A stretch of 64,000 nucleotides of DNA, taken from assembly GCA_951406725.2 (NCBI GenBank), contig OX597824.1, positions 45,198,001 through 45,262,000 on the forward strand, read 5' to 3'. Position 1 is the first letter of the stretch, and each line of letters starts with the position of its first letter. The notes beneath the pieces are model-generated. The model ran no database searches, was not told the DNA's origin, and saw nothing but the letters and a program-made list of their open reading frames with translations. This document shows positions 1 through 12,600 of this stretch, one piece after another. The translations under genes were made by a program, and so were the position numbers. The stretch comes from Octopus vulgaris (taxonomy: Eukaryota).

Positions 1-560
1 AGCAACGAGCATGGCCAGAGTAAAAAAAAAAACTAATACTACTACATCTGCAGGCAAGGTACATAGCAAAAAGCACTAAAACATTCAAACAGTATCTAGC
101 AAGACAAATGTTAAAATTTTTCATATGAAGGAAAGTGAAACTTTTTTAAAAAAGTGGGGATAGGGTAAGTTCTGGTAATACAGGTAAGATGAGCAATGGG
201 CGAGAAGCAAGTCCAGGTGAGTGTCATGCTCAGATTTTGCTGAAATAATTGAAGTTATGATACAAACTTATGAAGGAAAATAGCAGCTCCATGTGAATGG
301 AAGATGTTTTAGTGTTCTGGCAGATGTTTTCAGGGTTTTAAGTTTCTCTTTTCTTTTTCGCTTACGTGGACCCAGAGTAGTGTTTAATGTTTTTTTTTTA
401 TCTTTTCTTTTCATTTTTTTTTTTTTCATTAACTCCGCTGTTTGCATGATGCTGATTCCATAAGTGCTATCACTTGCCCATCACCAATGCTGTATATTGC
501 AGGGGCAGATGCTGGGCAGAAGGAGTAGGTGGAGGCAGTCTTCGTTGCCATTTATCTATG

Positions 561-621
561 TTAATACTTTCTCCCTCTGGACATCGAGTATGCTTTACTT
601 TTGTAGCCAGAGCCGGGGCCC
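561..621 (-). CDS. HNRNPUL1: exon 19 (terminal coding exon)
   Basis: catttcag|G GGC CCC...TAT TAA = (W)[19 protein letters not shown]; phase matches the exon 18 donor. Confidence 0.75.
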
Positions 622-3600
622 CTGAAATGTGACAAAAGCTAATGTTATGGAGGGCTAATCCATGCCGTTTTTGCTATCATAACTTCAAACACTTGCCTAA
701 TATGTTCTTTCAGCCAACCAAAATTTCATTTTCAAATCAACCAGGCAACTCTTATTGAATCAATAGCTCCAGAATCCAACATGTGCAATTTAGAGAAAAG
801 TACTTCACTACAATAACTGCAATAGGTTGGGGGAGGGTATTATGCCACGTTGCTCCCTTAGAAAAAAAGGCACTTATTAAAGGAACATGCAGAATTTGAA
901 GGGGAGGGGATTGTTTTTAAAATCGTTCAGATCAAACAGATCTCATTTTGTAACAAGAACCCATCTGCTAAGTGCCATGGATGGACAGTGATAGAATGAA
1001 GAGCAAGAGAATTTAGAAAATAAGCTTAAGGACAGTAATTTTAAAATTGTACAAAATAAGATTTAAAAAGCTATAAAAATTACTTGATTGAAATTAAGGG
1101 AGTGGGTGTTAACCATGTAATAAAGGTGATGCAACAATAGTACAAATTAAACTGGAAAATTATAAACAAAACTGTTGCAATGGATTCAAAGTTTTGAATA
1201 TTGAGGATAAGTATGAAATGAAAATGAAGTACAAATGAATTTCATTAAATGTAAAAAAAAAAAAAAAAAAAAAACAACCCATACCCCACCCTCCTGTAAC
1301 TTTTAAGGTTTCTTAAAAAAAAATCACACCAATGTAACAGCAACTAGGAAATTATCAGCAACAGCTTAAATGATCAAATGATTTATGTCATCTTGCACCC
1401 ACCCCCAAACTGAATAACATACAGGGTGATCCAAAATTACTTATTTCAGAAGTGATGGGAGTGGGGAAAATAAAAAATTCCAGACAAGCCTATATGTCAT
1501 CGGGTAACACTGCTGCTGTTGGTGCTGCCGCTGCTACTACCACCTGCTTCTAGAAGATAACCCCTACTTTTAGGAAAGCGGGTGAATGGTGAAAGAATAT
1601 GGGAGAATATCTATCTTCGATAGCTACTGCCGTACCATTGACCACCATATTGGCTCTGGTTGTTGCCACTGCCATAACCCTGATAATAACTCTGGTTGTA
1701 GTTCTGTCCCCACTGAGAATGACTGCCGCTGCCATAGCCACCACCTTGATTATTAGAGCTGCTGCCATAACCCCACTGCAAAAGAGAAAAGAAAAAATAT
1801 TCAGCCAATTTAAAAAAAGCAATGTTGGACATTCATATTGGTTTACAAAGAAAATGAACACTAAAAGTTGATAACTTACATTTCCATAACCACCAGATTG
1901 AGATGAAGAGCCCCATTGTCCACTATAGTTGCCCTGATGGCTCCATGAACCTTGACTGCCACCACCACCACCACCACCACCGCCACCATATGGTCTGTTG
2001 GAGGCCCAAGAACCACCTCCATAACCACCACCGCCGCCGCCGCCACCACTGCGTTGGCCACCAGATCCTTGGTATCGCTGAAGTAAAGATTACAAATGAG
2101 ATTCAGATTTTAAAAAATTCACAAATTGACAATCAAAACCAAGCCATAGTACTAACCATCAAAAGATCTCAAAATATCATTTGCACCCTAATGAAGGTTA
2201 AGCCAGAAATTATAAAAACCCCCCACACACACACACACAAAAGCAACATCTGTCCCAAATTTTCTATATTCACAGTAAGAAACATGTAAACTTGTAAAAA
2301 TTACTTAGTCTTTTTGTAGACATTTAAAAGTAAATTTGATAATTGGGCATTCATGAAAGTTTGGTAATAGCATTTATGGGACATAGCTTATATAAGTGTT
2401 ATAGAAAGAGGAAGAGTTCTGTCATAGAAAATCTGCCATGACTGCCATCTGACCCATGGATATTCAAATTATGAAAGTTAGCTTTATGGGTCAAGGAGAA
2501 AACATACCATGAGGCTTTAAAGAGAATTAAAAAAACTTATCAAACATGAAGGTAACTAGACATACTTGTCCCTGTCTGTATCCAGCTGATCTCCTTTCAG
2601 GTGACCTTCGTTCATATCTACTGTGGGGACGTGGTCCACGAGAAGGATAGCCACCTTTGAAAAAATATATAAAAAACCTCAAGTAGGTAAGTGAACTGCA
2701 AGGCAATTTTTTGAAATAGGCTTTTCAGCCAGTAAATCATCAAGAGAAAACCTCATTAAATGAATCCTAGATTGACATACCTCTACCACCACCACCACCA
2801 CCACCACTACCACCAGTTCCATAAGCACTGCTTCGCCTGTCATTGTAACGAGCCATTGGTCTGTCACGGAAACCACGAGATCCACCTCTACCGAAGCGGT
2901 CTCTGTCACCATAACCTCCACCTCGGCGATAATCCCTTCGATCAAAGCGACCACGTCCTATTTAAAAAAAAAAAAAAAAAATCACAATTAAAGCAATAAA
3001 ATTACATGCTATCAATGCCATAACTCAGTATATATGGAAAATGCAGGTTCGGAGTATACCAAAACTAGATATATCTATATAAACCAATATCAAATGATTG
3101 TCCTCTATTTCTAATAGCACTGGTAAAAAAAATTTTTTTAAATGATTTACAGAATTTCTAATGCTAACAGGGAGCCACATCCAAATTATGGAATAATATT
3201 AAATACACTAAAATCAAGTAATAGCTTGATAAATTAGAAAAACTTAGTATTTTAAATCAGAACAGCCATGTTCAAAATGTCAAATAAAGCTCCTGACAAA
3301 GTTAAGGAAACCTAAATTTTAAAAACTTACCAAAACGATCTCCCCTGAATCTTTTGGAAGGAGGAGGAAGAGCAGCTGCTCCTTCCTTCCTATATTTTTC
3401 AACCAAAGGTTTGGCATCTTCCTTGTCCAATTCAGCATATGTTACAGCATCAAATAATGTGCCTTCTTCAGGAGTGCTAAAGTTGGCTAAAAGGGTAGAA
3501 CTGGTTTAAGATTATATACACAAAACAAGCAAATATGTAAGATTAAAATAGGGGGTGGGGGAAAGTATATAAATATTCTTCAGGAGGAATGGAAATCATG

Positions 3601-6600
3601 GAGGAAAAAAAAATTTCAAAAGAGGAGGGAGAAAAAAAATGCCCTAATACTAAGCCTGTACCCTAAACTTCATATATATATATATGTATGTATGTATATA
3701 TGCTCTCCTGGGAGGATAACAAATCGGTGATAGCTTTAAAGCGATGCACAGGATAGATTTTTCTGTTAATAGTAGCAATATGTTTTTTAACAGCTGCGGA
3801 AGAGTTTTTCTACTGGAGTGACAGCAAGTGTCAGGTAATATTTTCGAGGCAAAATTAACACAGGAAATGAGTAGGTAATGATTCCATATTGTGCCAGTTA
3901 CAGGCAGCAGGCCCTACCTTTCATCTCAAGCACCGCCTTTTCAGGTATCTCTTTGCCCTCTTCCTTCTCCCTTTGCGATATGCGTCTTTTGAACTCTTCA
4001 TCAGTAGGTACTACCACAACTGCCTTGCGTTGAAAGCCTTCAAAAGGCGTCATTTTACGTCTCCGGGCTGATGCATACACGTTTGTCTAGCATGGTAATA
4101 AAGAACAATATAATCAATGTAGCTTCAGATGGCACTTCTCTCAGTCAATCGTAGACGATTGGCGTTGTCTCATGGCATATATGGTCGCATATATTAAAAA
4201 CATCAGCCTCTTGCATCTGCAATATATTCTTAAAATGAAAAGATATCAATATTGTTCCTTTTTCCAGCACGATGTGGTAACAATGATCAGACCGCAGCAG
4301 GCAGCAGAAGCCATCAACTTTCTGTACTGAATATCCCAATCAATTACTCAAGAACTTACCAATGCCAGCTTCATAGAGACTATTTTAAAAGAAAGAGAAG
4401 TCCACCTATTGAGAAAGAGTCAAGAGCAGTATTACAAGGAAGAGTTTGTTGGGGACAGGGGATTTCTATAGCAGCAGCACTTCAGTACAAAACAGTTGAA
4501 AACATCAGCAGCAAGGATGTTCAGGAAGCCCAGGTGATTGAATGAGAAAATTTTCAGTATTTTAAGGTTATTAAAAAGAGAGTGAGAGACAGAGAGAGAA
4601 AAAAAAAAGGATTTTTGTAAGTGTCATTCTTAGGAAGGCGAAAGAAATTTTATGAGCTGTGGGAGCAAGTCATGAAATTTAAAAAAGATTGGAAAGGAAC
4701 AAAAAAAAAATTTTCTTTTTATCAAAATAATTCAGTAATATTAAAATTACAAAAAAATTTATTTCAGCATAAAATAAAATTTATGATTAAAAATTTTTTT
4801 TCCAAATTCTAAAAATCTTAAAAACCACAAAAACTGTGGTAAAGTAAAATAAAAGACCAATACAGTTGTTTTCATATATTTTTTAAAGAAAAAAAAATTA
4901 AAACTTTTAGATTGCTCTTCACACCTCCAGGTCCAATAAATGTGGGTTCAAGAATCATTTAAATGCTTTCATAAAAATATCAGCCAGAAAGCAGAAAACA
5001 AAAATTCATTCACATGTCCCCCTGAAACTTCCTATGTTAAATCGTAGAATGTAACTCAGGAGAAAGGACCTTATTCTGCAAGCCAAATGTTGTTATATTG
5101 GATTGAGGCATCGTGGGTATATTAGAGAGAAAAATGTGGTCCACACATTAGTTAAAATAAAGAAATCAGTTTTAGATGCATTTAAATACATCATCAATGT
5201 ATTAAAGCAGTTATCTCTATTCATGAAACCGCAATGTTTAATCCATCATGTTCACCGGAAGTGATGGCCATTAGCTACAAGAAAACTCATTTTACTGTTA
5301 CCAACATGCAATATGTATTAGGGAAGGGATGGGGACAGAATTTCCAGAAATACGGCTGATGATTTCATACATGCAACTGGTTGATTATAAAGGTTTCTGT
5401 GCTTCATGAAAATTCAGTGCAAAATGTAGAGGCATGTTAAAAAAAAAAAAAAAAAAAAGAAACATTTTTATATAAATAACAGCTAATTTTCAACTGAAAA
5501 GTGAAAAACCATTGAAGCAGCCAATTATTTAACAAAAATTGCTTGATTTCAAGACTTAAAAGGTTGCAACAACCCACAAATATCCAGCATCAATATACTA
5601 ATAGTTAAAATAACATTGCATTAATATTTGCTATATATTTTTCATAATCTAAAATTTCCCATTACAGAGAAGTGGACAATTCTTTATTGCAGTAGAAAAA
5701 TGCCAATCGTCAAAAGTTTTTCCAATTACAAAAGGAGAAAGAAGCCAATGCACATCTTATTACACAAGATCGAGTTTTCAACTGAATTTAGAGTGCGCCT
5801 TTAAGCTAAAACGTAAAAAGCTTCAAGAATTTTTTTAAATTAACAATCCTGAAATGTCAAGTGTTTTCCTTTCTTCCTGTTATTTGTTAAGGAAATGTTA
5901 AAAATCACTGCTTTCTTCAAAAACATTTGCTACATTGTATATGCACCAATGATATCAGTTAATTTGAATGTTAACCCTTTTTCCTTTTGTTTGCTTAGAT
6001 TAATAATGTACAATGCATCAATGGTTTGCTACCATTCTTGTGAAGCTAAACTTCCAACTGAGGTAATGAGATGTGCATGAAAAATATGAAGTAATGCTTA
6101 TACATTTAGTTGCCACATCCTAAATAGCAGAATTTTCCACACTTAAAATGTCAGTATCCTACTGAGTAAAAAAATCTACACTGGAAAGAGAGAGATAGCA
6201 ATTTTACAATACCTGATCCAAGATGTAATTTCTTTTCTTGCGAGCAGCTGTCTCTATCATGCGATTCAGGCACTTTGTAGATTTGTCGATGAGGACATCC
6301 CAACGACCAGAGTAGTTCTTTTTACGAGGTAGACCCATTACCTTGGAGGAAAATATTTTTAAAAGTAAATAAAACTGAAAAGCAAAAACCAATTAACCAT
6401 TTTTTTTTTTTAATAAGTGAACACATTCTTCACATCTTAATATACTTTCCTGTATTTATAATACAGATTTGTGCAACTAAGAGTCTATGGAGAAGTATCC
6501 TTCCATTGGCGGAGTGTATAAGCGTCAAATTTAATAGCGTTCAATTTTCAAATAAAATAAAATTAAATGCACCAAGCAGTGTACTTTGAGCCAACTGTTC

Positions 6601-9600
6601 CAATTACATAAAATGGCAAACTGGTAGTTTAAGCAATGATTTTCAGAAAGTATAAGATTTCTTTTCAAAAGACATCCCGTCATCCTTATAGCTTGAAACC
6701 AATTGACCATTTAGTTTATTCCAATTCAGTTGTCCCATATAGCACTGAGACTATATAAAATGTGAAGTAGAACACTTGGCAAAATTAGGTTATTGCCATA
6801 AATATGAGCATTTAGAAAGCTAATAATAATGAATAATGTTAGATTTAGAACATTTCACAAATATACCTGTAATCAGAGCAGTTTTGAGACAAAATTTCCG
6901 TTTCTGTAGTCATATTTTGATCACTTTATTTAATTACATAAAATATAGCGGTTTACAAAATTAGTTACTTCATGATTTAGAATTTAAGTGAAACAAATCT
7001 GGAATGGTTTTCCCATTTCATTAAAATGTCAAAATTCACCATATTTCTATTTTTTATATACAAAGCTAGCACAAGAATTTCTAGCAGCAAATCCAGAGCA
7101 AGAAGTTCTCTCATGAAAGATGTTCTTTTGTCTTTATAACATATCATTAATGTAAGTTTAAGGGAATAAGTATGTAGTCTTTATAAATAATACAAATTTA
7201 CTTCATTTTTAGTTCAGATAAAACTACAAATGCATCTTAGAACTATCTTTGATACAGACAATTCAAATACAAACTATTTGAGATGCTTAGAGAAATATAT
7301 ATAAAACTAATAACATTACAACTTTCTTTCTAGTAAGCTAAAAATATGGCCAGATAGTTCAAAACAAATGTTTGACAAAAGACCAAAAACCTTTGCAAAG
7401 CTTCTAGCAGTTATTACTAACTGCTATCACCTCTACATAAAACAGATTTCTCACTTCTAACAGTATCTAATTGCGAACTGCAAAAATTGTGCAGAAAGAG
7501 AAATTAGTAAAATTATTTAAGTATAGGGATTTACAGGAAAAGCATAAGGCAAGTAGCAAATACAGAAAAATGACAACTTCAGGACCCTCCCCCCCCCCCC
7601 AAAAAAAAACCAAAACCTATTTTAGGAAAAGGTGCTTTTCCATAACCAAGTAAGTGAAAATGGTTCCACAATCTCTAACTTGCAGAAAAAGAGCAGAAAG
7701 TATGTTTGGGCTAGTGTTACAAAGAGAAATAAGTCAGTCTGAAGGTTGAAAAAACAGGTGATAGATATAAAATGGGGAAACTGAAGAAAATTGCCAAGTA
7801 ATCCACTAAACTAAATGGAATACAATTTTTCTTTTTTCCATATTGAAATTCAACATGTAATTCATCTACAGTTACACTGCTGGAAAAACCCTTTTTAGTA
7901 TCATGGAAAGCCAGTTAATATTTTCTTCCAACTTAGTCAATGGTACGAATATACCATTTTGAAATACATATTTCTCTTAATGATTAACTCTTTTGGTACT
8001 AACCCGGCCGTAAAATGTTTTGGTTCATAAGACCAACCCGGTGAAAGCTGGCCGAGAATACCCATTGTTATTTAAATGTGAATTTAAGCACAAATCACGT
8101 TAGTATATTTGTGAAAATACGTGAGATCACTTTGTAAATATATGAGTTAGAGTATCCGACATTGTTTGATGTGATATTTGAACTAAGTGAATTTTTTGAG
8201 ATTTTTTTCCACATTTCTGCAGCGTAGATTTTTTTTTTTTTTTGAACTTTGAAAATGGATAGGAGTTTCATGCTATCAAGCAGTGATTCCGAATTTAAAG
8301 GTTTTTCAGCAGAAAATATGGAGATATCGAGAAAAAGAATGAATTAGGTACAAAAACACGTGGTGCACGAGAATAGGATATTTCTGTATCCGAAACTGAA
8401 AGCAGCGATAGCGACAGCAAAGACAATTTTACATCGGAATGAAGTTAATACTTTTAAAATATTTTTATTAGCAATTTTTCTGAAGAGATGGGGGTCTATC
8501 CATAGTCTTTCTTAGTAAGCAAAATCGTTAGACTTTTTTTTTTTTTTCAGTATGCCTGTTTGAAGCGATCACTGCAGAAACAAACTGTTGCACAGAATGT
8601 AAACAAACAGTATATGCATGGAAAGGCCACGAAATGGAGGATCAAAGTTTGGAAAATTTGTGAAGTGAATACTGGGTACTGCTGTGGATTTAGTTTTTAT
8701 ACAGGGAAAATAATGTTAGTCAGCATGGCCTAGGGTACGATGCGGTCTGGAATTTATCGCTTCTATACCATAACCAGGGCCGTATATTATTTTTTAACCG
8801 ATTCTTTTAGTTCGGTCAAACTTGCGGTGGATTCCAGTATTTCACCTTTATGGTACACTTGTTCTGTTGAGCATTAAATTCAACTGATGATCTAGTGATG
8901 TGCACAATTCTTCTATATCAAAATTTTGTTGCATACCCAATTGAATATTAGCTGATGATTCATTTTCTATGGTGATGTTTAAACAAAATTTTAATATTTT
9001 TACCTTTTGCTCAGTTTACCTGGATTTACCTGTAATTAAAATTACTTTGAGACAAAAGTTATGCAATAGAATTGATTAAGAACCCTTTAATTATGTTCCA
9101 AATATCACATTAATATGTTGATAAGTAAAAAAGTTACAGTTGTCTAAATTCATGATTATTTTAGAATTCAATTGAAACTCGTGAGGGATGTATTTTGGTC
9201 AGAAATATAGTTCTGAAAGGGTTAATGGTAATAATTTCTGCTTCCACTGCTGTCTTATTTTTTACTCAAATTAAAGATGGAGGAAAAGACAAAATTGAGC
9301 AGTATTATTGTAGAGTTTGAAATGGAAGACAAGACTGAGAACATGTACAGCTCAACACTGATTCTAATGATTTTGTAAGAGACAAGAGCCTTAAAAAATG
9401 TAAATCAAAGGACCTGTAAATAAAGAATGATCAATTGGTGGGGTCAGTTGATGTGAATCAATGCCAAAAGTTGCAGAAGTAAATACTTGCACTACATTGG
9501 AAAATATCTTCCAAGTGCTTTTCTCTTGCTAAAAAAAAAAAAGAGAACCCCGTAATCTGTTCCTCAATCACATGGCAACATTTAAGCAAAAATGAATTCA

Positions 9601-12600
9601 GAGAGGTGGAGAACCAAAATGCTGAACTAAATAAAGTCACATGATGAATATATGGTCAGCAACTGAAGGTTGGCCTATAGGATCATCCACTATTTCTAAA
9701 AATCTTAGTGAAACCATCGCAACAGAATACTGTGGGGAAATCAACAAAATACATCAATTGTCCCAAGCATCTACATCTAGAGATATTTAACTGAAATGGT
9801 GTAATTCTTAACATCTTCAAACATGTCTCACAAAATCTACAGAAATAGAACAGTACTGCAAAACTATCAGTTTTTCTCAAACATCTTGCTGATTTCCAGC
9901 AAGATGACGTCTTTAACTAAACAGTAACTCAAAATGCCTTCAAATTTATTTGTAAGATTCCAAATTTTATGCTACCAGAATAGAGTACATACAAAAGTAT
10001 GTAAAGTAATGACTATTTGAATAAAATTTACAAAGCCAAATTTAATGCAACATTTTGGCAATAATATTAAGATATGCTAAACAATATATATTTCAAGGGA
10101 TACCCACCTTCATTTTTTCAATGATGTTATTGGTACCCAAAACATTGAATTTCTTCTCTGGGTTAGCTTTTGAATGTTTATCAGCCCAGAAAGTTTTACC
10201 AGCACCAGGCAAGCCAACCATCATCATAATCTGACAAAAGATAATATCAATTTAAAACAATTGTCAGTAAGCATCTTTACTAACGGTAAAATGAAAAAAA
10301 AAATAAATAAGCAGACACCAATTTACAATCTAACTGGATAAATTGAATGGAATATGATACAAGAATCATATCTGTATAACAAATTAACAGTAAGTGTTTA
10401 AGTTTCTAACAATTATTACATACTTTTATAGCAGTTAATGTTTAAACAGGGAAAATTTTAAATTATATCAACGTGAACAATTTCACATACTTCACATTCC
10501 TCTTTTTTAGCAGGTGGCAACGAGCCTCTCACACGCTCTTCTAAAGATACTGTAGATAAAAATATGAAATCATCTTTTAATGGGAACCATGGCTCTTCCT
10601 ACAAATGAAAAAAAAAAAAAAATTAAAATTAAAACATGTGCGTGTAAATGTGTGTGTATATAAAAAATATAAGCCCCAAGTATAACTTTTTTCTTTTTCA
10701 GTATGATTAATGTAGTTACATTCTTATTTGAAGAGCAACAGGCTTTAATGCATCTTTATAAGGTGATCAAACCGAAATAAAACCAATGTATAATATGCTA
10801 GAAAGAACCACTTTCACTCACAACAATGAAATTAGAGTTTTGAATTACTGATTACTAATCAAAAATTCTAGAAGTATTATGTGAAGTGTACTTTGAATTT
10901 CCAGTGTGTAAACTGAACTAATAAAGGATAGAGAGACCTCCGTAGCCTCTTTGCACAGGATTACTAATATCTGTGGCACAATAAAATGCACTACAGCTAC
11001 CTGTGACAGCAAGGAAAACTTGATATAAAATGGTAATAAATAAATCAGATAACAGCACTCAAAATGAAAACTCATTTTCAGGAAGAGAATTCAGTAAAAA
11101 CAAGATAGTCTCCTCAAATCAAGCAACTACAACATTGTATTGACCTGGGAACAGGATAATTGGTTTTGAATACATCCAAGGCGAATACTATTTCACACAT
11201 GGTAGTGACTCATCATACCAAGCAAAGAGGCAAATGGACTGAGACAAAACATTTGGAGAAAGAAGTGACACATCCTGGGACAAGCAGATCAGTTGCCCAA
11301 GATGTTCTGGGTTGCACAGGTTTTAGTTTAGACCAAGTCTGTCCAACTAGAATCAAAGTTTTTTGAGGGCCATTTGTATACTTTTTGTTTGTTTAAAATT
11401 ATAAAGTTGTAGGCTTTTGCTTTATTGCTACATAAATTTTAAATTTATTTTGAAACAAATGTTTTACACAAACATTTTATTTTAAATTTAAAACAATAGT
11501 TCAAGAAAGTATCAAGCAGGCCACATGACAAAAGTTTGCAGGTCCAGGCCTCAGGTTGGCCAGCCCTGTTTAGACTATTTGAAATGAAAAGTAGTCACAG
11601 ACAGGTGTATCAAAGGAACTCTAAAAAATATTCATGAGAAAAGCAAAGTCTAGAAATGAGCAAACTATTCTGGGCTGCTTTTTAAGCATTAAACTATTTC
11701 ATGAATGTTCTTAAATGGTAAGAACTGCTGCGCAATATGACCCTGTGCCTCAATGGAACACAACTGAGCTGTTAGTAAAACTGAATTACACAAGAGGAAT
11801 AAATGTAGTGTGCTAAGGAGAAGACCAAGCTGGCATGGACATGTTATGCATATGAAGAAAGATGGATAAAATGTTGGGCAACCATGTGGAAAGAATATGC
11901 AGAAAAAAAACCCCCCCAGATAAGTTAGAGGCTTAACTACATGATGAACAAGTGGCTTAGAAATTTTGCTGCAAATAACACACAACTCACAGAAGAAAAA
12001 AAGAAAAATCATGCTTAACTCTAGGAGATGGTAAAAAAAATGTAATAGTTTTCTGTGGCATTCCCAGGTGGATATTTACCATTAGCTTAGAGCATGTCAG
12101 ACTGTCACACTATCATTTTACATTTTATAAATTTTGCTTCAAATTAGCAATTTTTTAACGATTTTAAAAGGATCAATATATTGTATTTTAATTAGATAGC
12201 ATACATTTCATTTATCAAAGAAAATTATCCTTTGACAAAAGTGAAGCATTAAGAAATGTTTATCCATTTGTTATTACAAAGTATCTGAAAACCTTAAGAA
12301 ACATAAGTGTATGTATATACAGCTTATTCTACTGTTTTGGGGTTTGCAAAAAAGCTTAAGTGTACAAATGTCTCTCCAGTATATATAATACCAAAACCAA
12401 ACAAAACTTACTTTTTGTCCAAAATTGCATTCAAATTCAGTGTTCTTAGTCAAAATATGAGGAAAGAGAGCAGCTTCTCCAATTTCCTCGCGGTCAATTT
12501 CAAAACAAACACCAAGGTCTTCTCCATTTTTACTGAAGGAAATGGTTGGGGGATCACTTTCCCAGTCCTAAAATCATCAAATAAACATTTACTAAACTTA

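Noticed and set aside
1599-2999. + strand poly-His and hydrophobic ORFs
   Set aside because: Antisense shadows of the Gly-rich hnRNP exons.
3690-3917. Possible intronic ncRNA or exon in intron 13 (balanced composition)
   Set aside because: No snoRNA boxes or convincing splice-site pair found by eye.
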